A stretch of 64,000 bases of DNA from Tilletiaria anomala UBC 951 (Eukaryota): the NCBI RefSeq assembly GCF_000711695.1, contig NW_013547013.1:186001-250000 (forward strand), read 5' to 3'. Made by a program: the position numbers and the translations under genes. This document shows, piece after piece, positions 37,568-50,811 of this stretch. The notes below the pieces were generated by a model. The model did not search any database, was not told where the DNA came from, and was given only the letters and a program-made list of their open reading frames with translations. The stretch's first letter is position 1; each line of letters starts with the position of its first letter.

Positions 37568-40500
37568 GGCAGCCTATGTCTCTTGCTTCCTTGCACCTAT
37601 TTTTCTCATGTTGTATCATATTCTCGTCGCAAGTGCAACACTCAACAACTCGAAAGGTCCTATTCGAAACTGGAGACTGATATGACTCGATCAACAGCAA
37701 CTTGAACGCATCGCCTTCTCGGACGTCTTGGTTGATCGACTGTGTCATCAAAGAAACGAAAGACGTGAGTATGGATGAACCATCATTTTTGCGGACTGCA
37801 GGATGTATATCTCTCGCGGGTCTGGCAACGGACCCAAAGTTTGAGATTTTTGGCCGGTAGGGCCACCCTCTGTGTGTCGCAAGTACTTGGCAACCTGATA
37901 AACCTACAGTGAAACGGTATTGTGTTGGGCGTGGCCCTCTCTCCCTGCGGGATTTTGATGCATCATATCCGGAATGGAGCCCAACAAAGGCTTCGTACAT
38001 ACACATTTTCACTTTCAATCACGATTCATTTCCATCGTCATACGCGATGTTGGACCTGTAACTGGCTGTTGGCCACACCGGCCGACTTTATCGGGCTTCG
38101 CTGGGCCGCACAGCATGCTAGTACTGCGGCACATGTCTCTGAATACCTCTTGAAAGCTGACGGGCAAACTTGAGCTGGGAAGCAAATCAGACGGCTGTTG
38201 TTGTGCTTGCAGAGGCGACGTGGGCAAGCGGTATTTTATGTTCGCTTGTTTTGAACCGTACTTTCATCATCTTTGGGCCGGCTTTGATGGAGCGATGTCC
38301 TTCGTTTCGTTTCACAGGCAAGAATGGAAAGACCTGCCTTCTCGAAAGCTAGCATGGAAAGCCAGATTAACTCATCCATGCTCTTTACAGATTGGCGAAG
38401 GGCCACCCCGTTGCAGCGGATCGAGCATTGACTTTGCACACGCAAATATACTCCCATCCACTTCTTCTGGTGAGTGCCATCTCGCCGCTGATTGCTTTCA
38501 AGTATATTTTCGATCACTTTACAGATCCCTTCTCACTAATATCCGCCGATAATCCGCCGATCCGGCGATTTGGTACCCCCGCTCGAAGATGTGACGGTTC
38601 CATGAGCCCGCGTTGAGCTTTGCGGTTGCCACAGATGAAGCTCCTCCTACCGCCGGGGATGATATTCTTTTTATTGTCCCACATGGAGCAGCGGAGTGCC
38701 TATACAATCTTATGTTCACACGGAATCGCCAGTCCCGCACCAGGATGTATCTGCCAGCAAATCCAGTCCACTCATTTCAAAACTCCACGGTTTCTTTCAA
38801 ACTGGTGAAAGCCATTCTAGAATGCACGAGCTTTCACGTCACCGGTAGACTTTGTGATGGATACCCGAGCATCCTGTTCACTCTTTAGAGTACTGCGGTA
38901 TCGTGGCATTATGACTGTGGAAGAGATCAGAGGGATCTCTGCGTCAATGTTTCAGCCCCAGTTCCACATTCGAAAGCATTGACTTTCCATCTACATCAAG
39001 TCTGCCTTTTCCATCTGCTCGGCACAGTCAGACACAGTCATATTCAGCCATCAGTCTGAATGCCACAGCTTTCACCGTTTCCAATCGCAGATTCTTTCCG
39101 GCCTCCACAGCTCGAGTTTTCATAAGTTGGTCAAGACAGGCGCAATCGCGCACTTTGATGGAAACAGGGGCTGCCTGTTCGCTAGTAACGGAAATTCCAT
39201 CGGGCTCTGCAGACTGTGCACGATGCCATCCGCGCTGTAATGGATCATCTTCCAGCTCATTCTTTACGGACTGCAGGGATATTTCCGTAGAAAGCCAACT
39301 AAAGGCCCTTTGCAAACACTGCACTTGCTTATGCAAAAAAATGGTATCAGATGCAAAAACTCAATGTGATAGGTCAAATGAACAGATTTAAACGCTTGTT
39401 GTTGTTGCTCCTTGCGTTTCATTGCAAGCTCTCTAGGTCTCATGCAGTAGGTGTTTGCACTTCATGGCATGATTGCTTTCGCCAGATACTTTGAAAAAGG
39501 CTGCGACGGCTCTTCGCATTCTGCACCCACTCGAAATCGCTTCTCCACCTTCCTTCTGAAAAAGAATGGAAGCCTTTGTCCGTCGCGCCTCGCAACTTTT
39601 GTAATGAATCGAGATGCCGTTTGAAGATCACGCTGCCCTTTAGAAGTCACGGATTCCCAACATATGAGAAGTGTGTAACAGCTACTGTGATGAGAGAAAT
39701 ATATTGCGTGTCGACGGAACGTCGGCGATTGTAACGCCCTTGTCTTAAACAAGTTGGTACGTCTCAGTTTAGCCGGACTCCCCGGCTAGCGGCGCCAGAA
39801 GCGAGGTTAACCAGGCACCAAGCAACACGCCGCATGCAGTTGCAACAGTGTTGTGGCACGGTCCGCCTGCGTGTATATATGTACTGTGCCAGATTGCGCC
39901 GTCGGCGACAAGAATTCATGAGCATTATTCCGGAAACTCAGCAACCAATGAACATCGCTCGATTGTGCACGTGTGTTGACCCAATACTATCTTTCGAGTC
40001 AGGCTGCGGTCTGCTTCGGTACACTGAGTGTAGCAATAATATCGCCACTGGCAGTGCTCTAGCCGGTTAGCCTGTGGGGGCCTGGGCTCGAACAGTCTGA
40101 CTAGGTCTGATATTGGGGTCTAGCCAGCCCTTTGGTAGACTCAGGGTATTTTCATATTTCATATTTTATGGATGTGCATACAAGGCTCGATGCTACCTGG
40201 TGTCCTAGCGTCCAGCGTCCGCACATACAAATGACAAAATCAATATGCACCCGATTTGCGATTCTGCCTACTCTTTTTTCTCTTTATCTGCATTTTAGGC
40301 TACAATTTGCGTAGATTTTCGTAAATGCATGTACATGCATATTTTTAGAGAGAATTGGTGTAAATGTTGTTTTGGACTTCTGATTTGTCAGGTTAATGTT
40401 GATCAGAGATGATCGTGGTCGCTCCTCGTCTTGTTGCATTTTGGAGAATGAGAAAGACGAGAGGCAGTGACAGTGACGGCCCGACACGCTTACGAGCACC

Positions 40501-41862
40501 CACAGAGTTGATTCAACTGTCGAAATACTGTCGAGCTCTAGAAGCTTTCGGGATCTATTATCAAAGAGAGATGAATGGGTGACTGAGTGCGAGCAGACGA
40601 TCAGGTCATGACGCGATATGTACATAGACAAGCCAAACGTGTCAACGCGTGACCCACCAAGCGGCAAGCACGTGAAGACCTGTCAATGTCGAAGTGTCAT
40701 CATGTCAAGACCTGCCATCCAGCCAACAGCCAAGTACCAGGATAGACCAAAACCAGCCGCATATTTTATTGCCAGCGCCCAGCGCAGTGCGAACGCCCAA
40801 AGCTCGGCATCCAGTGTGTTTGTATGCACCAGCCCATCTCCTGCCTCTATCCAGGTCTAACCTAGTCCAACAACAGTTTACAAAACACCACACCCGCAAT
40901 GAGCAATGCGCAGATCGTACCAAAACAGGTCAAAGGGTAAAGGGACATAGTGCATACATAAAATTTGTGACGGAGGCGGGGTCGGTCAGGGCTAGTCCGA
41001 ACGAAGACCAAAGGGAGCCCGTGCACTGCAGGATTGGGTCTGGCGAATGGGCTAGGGTTTGGACCTGGACTGGTATATACGCACTGGATCTGCTAGGAAT
41101 CTGGAACAAGATCCCATTCCTACTCTCAAGTCGGTCCGTAATATGTATAAAAGCTTAGTGGCAGTTTTGAGAGCGGCGGTGCAATTTGTACTGGTTGCGT
41201 TTGGACAAGGCCAGGTGAGTGGCTTGGGCGATATGCAGCTGGAGCAGTGCTGGTTAGTTGGAGCTTGTACGTCTGACGTTGTACGTATGAGCCAAACTTG
41301 AAATGTATGTATTCGGGTAGTATGCGATTTTTTTAATAGAAATAGCCAGAGTGGCCTTACAAAATTCAGGGCATGGCTCATGTTCTCAAACTTAAATAAG
41401 CTAGCTACATCGGTGCAACCTGGGTTCTAGTCTGTCGGTAGTCGACGCATTTAAGCTGTGAAGTGTGAACGACTGAAAGGCCGAAGGCTCGCTTCAATTT
41501 AGAAATTTCGGGTCACGTACGGTTTTGCAGAACAAAATCTTAGCCCCGGAAAGCCATCAGCCCGCTGCTCCTCCTGCCTGCACTTCTGTTGCAAGATGAC
41601 TTCGGCTAGATCCAGTGGATCCATTGTTGGAGTGTGAAAAGCAGCTGAAGCCCCCCGGGCCGACGATGCCTCCTCCATTGTTGCCCGGCATGCCTCAAAG
41701 CTGTCAATAAGCTTCTCTATTTCTCTTTCTCCTTGCCATCTCCCTTTCTTGCGTCGACTTTCCTCAAAGGTATCCGGCTCTCAGAATTCAGGCTGCCTGT
41801 TGCTACCGGCCACACATATTCGCTTGCGCTTCGAAAGGACGCGGACGAGCTGACCACCCAAG

Positions 41863-44388
41863 ATGCCGTTCGGCTCAGACATGGACGCCTGGGATGGCAT
41901 TTACTACATGTCCGCCTCAGAAGAATCAGGCGCACAAACTACGGGTTCTGCTCGGCCTTCCTCGGAACTCGACCATGGTGGCAACGCTCATCCACGAGCC
42001 AGCTTCTTTGGGGGCTTCATCGGTTCGTCTCGTGCCGTTCGAGGCAGCAGCGAGCTGCAAAGTGCCATAGCGCCGGCTCTCGAACGCTCATCCGGGCACA
42101 GCAGCAGGCGCTCAGAATTGGACGACGTCGACTACGATATGCAAAAAGAGGACTTCATTCCGTTCTCATCAGAGCTGGGTCCACGCCAGGAAGACATGGA
42201 TTCTGCATTGCAAAGGCCTTTTTCTACAACTTTAAAGGACGCTAAAATGTCGGCAGGCCCTGCAGCTGCGACTTCATATCTCAATGGCGGCCTAGAAACA
42301 GCGGCTGGATTGCATGCATCGTACAGCCTACCCCTCGAGACCACATCGACCGTCGCAGCGGAACGGCAACAACGGGACCCGCGCAGAGCCAAGAGTAACT
42401 TGAAGAGTCCGCTTGCACTGGTGGAGCGACGACGAGCGACAACTTGGCTTGGGCTCACCTTTGGTGAAATCAAGCTGCTTGCGTTGGCGGGTGCCGGCTT
42501 CATGATGGACTCCTACGACCTCTTCATCATCAACTTGATCTATCCAATCCTCCTGCGCGTATATTATCCGGCGGAGCAGACTCAGCTGGACTGGGGCTTA
42601 TCCGGGGGTGTGCTCAAGGCCAGCGCCAACATGGGAAATGTCATCGGCCAGCTGCTTTTTGGTTTCTTGGGTGACTTTTGGGGACGAAGCGTCTTGTACG
42701 GCAAGGAGCTAGCTCTTGTGATCTTTGCCATCATTTTGGTGGGTCTGTTCTAACCCTACAGCCCATACTTTCGACTGCTGCTGAAAATCATGGCCCTCAC
42801 AGATGATTTCCGCACCGGACCAACTCGGTGGCCTTGGCGTCACCATCTGGATCTGTGTCTTCCGTGCGCTGATGGGGATCGGCATTGGTGGCGACTATGC
42901 ACTCAGCGGCTGCATCGTTGCAGACAGAGCGAGCCTCAAGACGCGTGGCGTTCTTCTCGCCATCATCTTCTCGAACCAAGGCTGGGGTACATTGGCAGGT
43001 TCGCTGATGTCCATCATTGTCATTTCCGCTTACAAGCCATCCGTGATTGCGGGTGATGTCCAGAATCTTGGAGGCGCGTGGCGCATCTTGCAAGGCGCTG
43101 TCCTCGTCCCATCTTTTATCGTTCTTTACTTCCGTCTGACGCTGGTCGAGTGAGTCAAAGCGAATGGGCCGTTGAACACGTCCTATCTTGGTATCTGACA
43201 CTCTCGCACACTCTTCCATGCAGATCGTCGAGATTCGTGCAGGCTCGGTACCTTCAGGACCATCCAGACTACGTCAGTAAAGCTTCAGCAGCTGGTCTAG
43301 TCATTGTGAAGGATGTTAAGGACGAGGAAATCGCCATGGTGGACATGCCCCCCGATAGTCCCATGCGCTTCAAACAATCTTTCTCGCCTTCCAGCCGTGC
43401 CGACGGGCCTGCCCAAATCTTTTCCAGCACCTCACCTGGCTTCGACGCCCTCAGCCACGACAGAGCTCACACATTGCATAAACTTGATATGCATGGCCAG
43501 CAGAAGCGCGGACCATCTGCGCAAGAGGTGCGTGAGGCGCTTCGCAACGCCATGGCCAACGCCAAAGGATGGCATTTCAAGAGCGTCGGTTTGCCGCACA
43601 ATGAGTTCTGGAAGTACTTCAAGGAGTGGACACATTTCCGTCGTCTGTTAGGCACAACCCTGTGTTGGTTCTTGGTGGACATTACCTTCTACGGAATCAA
43701 CCTCAACCAGACAAGTTTGTTGGCGGCTCTCCACTACACACAGGTGAGCCGGCTGTCATCTCCTGCTGGCGCAGCAGCATGCCCTTCAAGCTGTGAATTG
43801 CCATTCGGTAGAGCTGACCATTCATCCCCGGTTATCCGCACAAAGGGAGATATTTGGACTCAACTCATGAAGACGGCCACCGGAAATCTCATTGTCGTCC
43901 TAGCTGGCTTCCTTCCTGGCTACTTTATCACCATCGCTCTGATCGAAACTCGACTAGGTCGCAAGAAGATCCAGATGCTCGGTTTCTTTGTGAATGCCGT
44001 CATGTTCCTCATCCTCGCCTTGATCTACCCCAGGCTCGAAACGCAGCCGGTTGCTTTCTTCATCTGCTTCGTCATCCTCCAACTCTCCTTCAACTTTGGT
44101 GCGAATGCAACCACGTTCATCATCCCTGCCGAGCAGTTCCCAACCAAAGTTCGCGCTACGGCGCTCGGCGTCTCTGCAGCCTGCGGTAAGCTTGGCAGCA
44201 TCATTTCCGCGCTCGGTTTCAGCACACTCGCGTCTTCGAACTCGATTGGTCCCACTGGCGTCTTCTGGATCTTTCTTGGCGTGTCCATCGCAGGGCTCAT
44301 TGCTACTGTCTTGCTCATCGAAGAGACGAGAGGCTTTGACCCAGACGCGTTGGATCGCGAAGAAATGGTGCAGCGGCGGTTACGTTAG
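41863..44388 (+). CDS. PHO84: PHO84-like phosphate:H+ symporter (MFS, PHS family) with a long N-terminal extension; multi-exon
   Basis: Motifs: AGAGFMMDSYDLFIIN, GQLLFGFLGDFWGR, GIGIGGDYALS, FSNQGWG, WFLVDITFYGINLNQ, PGYF, NFGANATTFIIPAEQFPTKVRATALGVSAACGKLG. Confidence 0.88.
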
Positions 44389-44750
44389 ATAGAGTTTCGA
44401 TTTTGCGCAGAACAACTCCGTGATGATACCTCATTTAGTTTCGGATGTGAACTATGTTATCTTTTCCTTGCTTTGATTCGACATACAAGATACACTGCTG
44501 GTTACTTTGCATATATCCTCACCGCACTCGATTGTCGCAAGGCCCAACCCCCCGGCCTTATCGATCATCACCGATGAAAGCGCCCTGCAGTCCCCTGCTC
44601 ACGTTTGAAACGTGTGCGTCTGTAATACCAATACGGACAGTTGCTCAATTTGATGCTGGAATACTACAATGATGGACAGAAATTGTCCGAAGTACAACAC
44701 TTCATATTCAAAATGTACCGCTCGCTGCGCTACTACCCGCTCTATTCCTC

Positions 44751-47700
44751 TCAATTACCCTGGTTTGCACCAGCTCCACCAAGGATGGAGGATACCCATG
44801 CAAGCGCTGCGCTGCCCGCCGATGACGAGCGGCTGTTGCACTGCGTGTTGGCGTGGGTCCTCGCTTCCAAGTCCACGTCGTTCGCATGGCCGTTGCCATT
44901 GGCGTTAGCTATGCCGGCGTTGGCGCTGGTCAAGCTCTCGTACCGTCCCGGCGTGTCGGCCTCTGCAGAACTTGCTGCTGCTGCTGCTGTTGGAGCAGGG
45001 CCGCGACTGTTGTGGAAGTAATCGCGGCGCTGCTCGCCACCGCCACCGCGGTTAGCGCCAGGAACTTCTGAGCCGGGCGACGCCAAGTCCGGCGTGTCGG
45101 TCGACAAGGGTGTGAGCAGACCACGCTCAGAAAGCAGATTGACGAGCGAGTTGGCGAACAACTGAGTGCGGCCTGGTACATGACTGGTATTTGGATGCGT
45201 CGCATCGTCTTCCGTGCTGCTAGAGGCTGAATGCACAGAATGAATCGAGCCGATCGACGCGTGTCGACTTGGGCCTTGACCCTGTCCGCCCGCGTGCCTC
45301 GTCGCTGGCTGCGACGAGGAATCGCCCCGCCCAAAGCCGGGGAGCATTGCGAGCCAGCTGGTGCGCCGTGAACCAGCAACTGATGTGCCTGGGGGTGGTA
45401 GCTCATCATCGAGGCTGTACGGCGGTGGGCTGCTGAGACGATTGAGCGCGACTTGCAAGTACCCAGGTTGGGCATGTGCTCGTCCACCGCGTCCACGGGA
45501 AGGAGCAGTTGGCGCATGATAGAGGGAATGCATACTGATATCAAGCCCGTTAGGTGTAGGTGGGTTCGGAGGCGCATCGTCCTCTGAACCCCCAGATGTG
45601 GCGCGCTGTCGTACTGCAGCCGAGGCAGACAAAGAAGACGAAGACAGATCCTCCCCGACGACGAATGGAGCATTCACCTCGGAGCCCGTGCGGCTCTCCT
45701 GCTGGTGGTGTCCTTGAGCACGCCTTCGGGCTGAAACCGAAAGTCTGGATGCACGCGCACGCGGACTCTCGTTAGGAGAGACGGTGTCAGACAGCGGGGG
45801 CGGCGGCGTCTCCTCGCCGCTTCTTGCGCTCCTGTAGGCCTGATGAGCCGCAAGGTGCTGCTGATGCTGATGCTGATGCTGATGCTGGGGGTGCTGAATG
45901 CCGGAGGTGCTCTGCAGCAGCAGCTGCTGCTGACCACTCTCGATCAGGATGCTCCCTCCTTCGTGGCCATACGCCGGCGGCGGCGCGAGTGTGCCGGCCA
46001 TGGGCGCAAGCCCCCATTTCTTGACATTGGCCTCGATGAAGACAAAGCCGGCCTGACCAAAATTGACGTGGATCTCCGCTTGGCCGTCCGCGCCGACGGT
46101 GGGGAAGAAGTTGTGCCTGTTGAGCCCGACAAATGCATCCTCAAGCTTCTTGCCGTTGCGCGTGAAAAAGACAGTCCCGCTGCGCGGGCGATAGCCGACG
46201 CCGATTACATCGCCTTGCACATACGCTGGGCCATATGACTGCGCAGCCCACGGATGATTGTGGCACTTTGACCCGTCAGCTGAGTAGAAGCCGATTGAGT
46301 ATTTATGGAAGCCTGTAAGGGGGAAGGTGGGAAACAAAATTCTTCAGCACCCGATGGTGACTGCAATGCTCCTTCCCCAGAGCGCAAACATACCGGGAAA
46401 GCGGAAGCTCGGATACGGCTTGGTTGTCAAGCCGATGGCCACATTTGTGGTGTCGGGTTTGTTGAACATCTTGACCTCCCAGTAGTATACTTCGTTTAGC
46501 TTCGGGACCGGGAGGTTACTTTGCACACAGACGCCACCGCCCTCCTGGGGCGCCATGCCTGCGCCATCAGCGAGGAAGGTGATCTCAGTCCTGGCTTCGA
46601 CAAAGACGCTCGGGTTGGACTCGTAGTCCGGATCGAAGCTCCATGCGCTGACGCCCTTTTCCTGGATGCTGAGGAACTGCGACAGCGTGATGTCAGTCGA
46701 GACACTCGCTGGCGGGTTGGCCAGGAACCAGTCGCTGGCGCGCCGATAGCCTTGGCGCACCGCCTCATCCATCAGACCCTGCAGGAACATTTCCTCCCGC
46801 TCCACAGCGACAGACGCTCTGACGTCTTCTTCGTCGCATGTAATATCCACGGGCCCGTCCTGCTCACTCAGAGAAATGCGCGACTGCCGCCGCAAGACGA
46901 GGACGAGGATGGAGGAAAGGAGCAAAATGAAGATCAGGGTTGACAGCAGGATGAGGAGCGGCAAGACCAGCGAGAGTGCGTCGCCGTCTTCGACTGGATA
47001 ACCCGGGTTCATGGTGGGGTCGTCCGGCGGTCCGCCAGGACTATCATCGCCGCCGCTACCTGGTGAAGGTGGAAAAATCGGCTGCTGGCCTCCGGAATTG
47101 TTATCATCACTCATGAAGAAAGCCCAGCCGTTCTTGGCGACGCTGAAGCGTGGCGGCTTCCGTAGTGGCTGGGGGCTCAGCGCAAGCTGGGCCCGCCCGC
47201 GCTCGTCCCCTTCCTCGTCAGATGTCGAAGTGAGGATCAGATCGTACATCCAATCCGTTGAAGATCCCTCGTCGTTGTGGTGCAGCCGAGACGTCCGCGT
47301 CTCAGCACTACCAAGGTTACCAAGAGCAGGGATGTCACCTTGCAGCCGCGGCTGTTTCCGCCCGTTGCCACTTGCCCGCTCACTGGCAATCGTCTTGCCG
47401 CTGGCCTTTGAACGCCACCGTATGCGCGATGGTTTTCCTGTCCCTCCGACGCATTGTGAAAGTGGAACGCCGGGTGCATTGGCATCGCTGGCGCGGATCA
47501 CGTCCAGTTGTTCGGGAAAGATGCTGGTGCAGGCATCGCGCGAGGTAAGCGCGGAAGCGGACTGCTTTCTTTGAGGCTGAAACTGCTCGAATAGAGCTTG
47601 GCGCCCTTGATTCTCGTGCCCATCGACCAGCTGCTGGTGCAATGCGTCGAAGTAGGCCTGCTCTTTCGCCTCTATCCGCAGGCCGGATGTGCTGGTGTGT

Positions 47701-47903
47701 GGCCGCAAGTGCAGCTCCGCTGCTCCTGATTGATGTCGGCTGGAAGAACAAGCGACGGACCTGGAGTCGGAGCTGGACCCAGCGCTGCCTTTTGTCTTGA
47801 AATGCTCCACCGACGCATCGCTGGACAAAGGCGCGCGGAAGAGACGCCCGCCGCGACGGCAGCTGTCGGCAACTAGGGCGTCACCCGCATTGCTGTCGCG
47901 CAT
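44751..47903 (-). CDS. SSH4/EAR1-like single-pass SPRY-domain protein (putative Rsp5 adaptor); start uncertain (47903 or ~47114); intron near 46316-46393
   Basis: TM helix (LVLPLLILLSTLIFILLLSSILVLVL), then DITLSQFLSIQEKGVSAWSF, YYWEVKM, KPYPSFRFPG, GDVIGVGYRPRSGTVFFTRNGKKL, NFGQAGFVFIEANVKKWGLAP, and PPxY motifs (PPPAY, PPPY). Confidence 0.85.
45859..45887 (-). repeat. Hexamer microsatellite (CAGCAT)n encoding a Gln-His repeat in the SPRY protein
   Basis: Plus-strand (TGATGC)n run; translates as QHQHQHQHQQ. Confidence 0.85.
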
Positions 47904-48954
47904 AGCTGCTGATGATTCTGAAGGTGACTCTGCGAGAGCTCCTGACACACCCTCACCTCCGGACGCGATGCAAGTTGATGAGCCTGCTTGCTTGTTGGGT
48001 GCTGCTGCTCGCGCGAGGATTTGTTGGGTCGCACGAGCTTATTAGGGCCGAGGGCACGCCGGGACGTGCTCTGGACGTTCCTCCTGAGAAGAAAACGTAA
48101 GCGGTTGGTGTTAAGCTTGGCCCACAGTGCTTCCACTAGCGGTGTAAGAAGCGCTGGCCAGCTACCTGTGGGTCTGGATCAAGGCGAATCCAGGGGGCCT
48201 TGTAGTGGTCTCAGCTAGTGTCGCCGTGCGTGGAGGTGCGAGCAGCCGTCGCGGTGCTTGCGTCACAATAGCGTTGCACAGCACGCAGGCATTTCCATGC
48301 TACAGATATTGGGCCTCGCCGAGGCTCGCGCTGACAGCTCGAATGTTACTCACCCTACCTGAACCATCCGTAACACCTTTTGTGCCATATCGACCTTGGC
48401 TGAGAAAGTGGAATGGGACGGGGTAGATGTGGAACACGCTGGCGCTGCTGGGCGGTGGGTCGTGAGAGCATCGGGCACTGGCGCGCTTTTCGGCATGGAC
48501 ACGCGACTCTTTATCGCTGTACTCATAGGAGACAACGGTCAAGCGGCACCGGCCAAGGCCCCAGGGCGGGGCTCAGGCGGGGTTTACAAGGGCTGCCTCC
48601 TCTCCAAAACCAAGTCTTTCTCTCCGTTGACGTCAGCCGTGTGTGATGGGAACGAGCAAGTCAGGTGGCACACACCACACTTCCAAATTCTCAAACTCCC
48701 GAGCCAACCAGGGTTATATGGTCCAACAGCAGTCCACCCCCCCACTAAAGAGAGAGTTGCGTGCTGCATCTCGTCAGCGTCGCATCCTGATCAAAAGAAA
48801 GACATTCTCTTTCTCACGACGCCGGCATTCAAATTTATCTGTTGCGATAGATACATCTGCTCCCCAAGCCAGACCAGAGCAACCTCCCGTTCCTCCATCT
48901 TGAACTTCCAGCTCCGAACCGATCGCAGCACACACGCCTCTCACAGCAGGAACC

Positions 48955-50309
48955 ATGATTCGCCCAGCCATCACTTTCGCCGCATGTGCCTGCCGATCAA
49001 GCGGCCAAGGCGCCCGCGCCCAGGTGCGCGCCTACGCCTCATCTTCCGGCGGCGCTGGCAACTCTTCGAACTTGCCCCTAGTCCTCGGTCTCGGGGGGCT
49101 GGCCGGCCTCGGGGGTTGGTACGCGCTCGGCGGCTTCAACTCGACGGACAAGGCCAAAAACAACGCAAAGGAGCTTGCGGAGAGCGCCAAGAGCCAGGCC
49201 AAGGCCGGCGCCACAAGCGTCAGCGGTGCCTTGGACAAGAGCACCTTCAAGGAGTTCACGCTCAAGGAGATTAAGCCGTACAACCATGACAGTGCTACGT
49301 GCGTTTACTTCCCGCTCCGGTATCGCGCGCCCTGAAATGGTCGCTGACATACCCGAGTCCCTTGCCGTGCGTCTTTTGTCTTGCAGCCTGGTTTTCGAAC
49401 TGCCAGACAACCAGACTTCTGGACTTTCCGTTGCCTCTGCCGTCCTCTTGAAGGCCGCCGAGGGAGCTGCGCCGCTTAAGGACAAGAACGGCAAGGACAT
49501 CATACGCCCATACACCCCGGTTACCACACCCGACACACAGGGCCACATTGACTTTTTGATCAAGAAATACGTGAGTCCGCGCGCTGGTTGTGGGGGAGGG
49601 GCCGCGTGTGACGCTGCGGCTGACACGCGAGCACAACCTTTGCTCACTCGTCTCTGCAGAGCAACGGTAACATGTCCAAGTACACGCTCGATCTCAGGCC
49701 TGGCGACAAGATTGCAATCAAAGGTCCGATCCCCAAATTCCAGTACCAGGCAAATGAGTTTGAGGAGATTGCATGCATCGCCGGCGGGTCCGGCATCACG
49801 CCCATGCTGCAACTTGTTCAAGCGATCCGTGATAACCCAGAGGATAAAACACGCTTCACGCTGATCTACACGAACAAGACCGAGCAGGACATACTCTGCC
49901 GCGAGGAGTTTGACAAGCTGGCCAAGGCGAACCCGGACAAGTACAAGATCATCTACGGACTTGACTTGGCTACCAAGGGAAGCCGCACCGCGGCGTTCAC
50001 GGGCTACATCACACCGGAGATACTTAGCAAGTACCTACCCGCACCCGACAAGGCAGACCGCATCAAACTCTTCGTCTGCGGCCCACCGCCACAAGTCGAG
50101 GCCATCTCAGGCGGCAAGGGTCCTAAGGGCAGCCAGGGCGAGCTCAAGGGCTTGCTCGCTGACGCTGGCTACCAGCCTTCCCAAGTGTGAGCTTATCCCC
50201 TCCTCCCTCTTTATGGGCGCGTGACTGCGTACAGAGCTCGAAGTTTCGGCTGCTGACTGCTTGGACTTTCCTAATGACTTCATTGAATCTTCATAGGTAC
50301 AAGTTCTAA
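48955..50309 (+). CDS. MCR1: Mitochondrial NADH-cytochrome b5 reductase; multi-exon
   Basis: Arg/Ala/Ser-rich presequence plus a hydrophobic anchor, then YNHDS, IIRPYTPVT, IKGPIPK, IAGGSGITPMLQ, FVCGPP, GPKGSQGELKGLL...QVYKF*. Confidence 0.92.
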
Positions 50310-50811
50310 GCTCGCCGAGTTAGGCTCTGCAAGTCCAGCATGTAGTCTGATGCCGCGCAAAAAGAAGCAGTCTAGGGGCAATAATAGTCACGATACTCGC
50401 TCGCAAAATAGGCTGGGGCAATCATGAATGTGAGATAAAGTTCAGCTCACAATCAATGAGCTGTGTTGTGACTTGTGAAGGAGGAATTAGGTCACACGTG
50501 TCACAGGAAGTAGATAGGAAAATGACACTCAAGCCTGGAAATGATCGCTATTTGCTTCACGCGGCACGCAACACACATGTATCCAGTACGCCGTGTATCC
50601 GACAAGGCTCGCTTCTTCGAAATTCGTCGCTCTTGTAGCAGCAATCCGGCATATATGAGTGTATACTGTCTCTACCAGTCCGGACCATCCAGTTGATTCA
50701 TCCGAGTTCCTGCTGGTCTGAACGGTATTCGTGCCTATTCTCATAGATATAGCTTGCGCGAGCAGCCATTTGACTTCCCAAGTAATCAGCATTGTTGCGT
50801 TCACATCGACC

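Noticed and set aside
1801..44388. A phosphate-homeostasis gene cluster (paladin/phytase-like, STAR1/ALS3-like pair, PHO84)
   Set aside because: The genes are spread over more than 40 kb among unrelated housekeeping genes, with no evidence of co-regulation.
48396..49274. 292-codon ORF overlapping the MCR1 promoter and 5' end
   Set aside because: It lacks an ATG start and any motifs, and overlaps the clear MCR1 frame.
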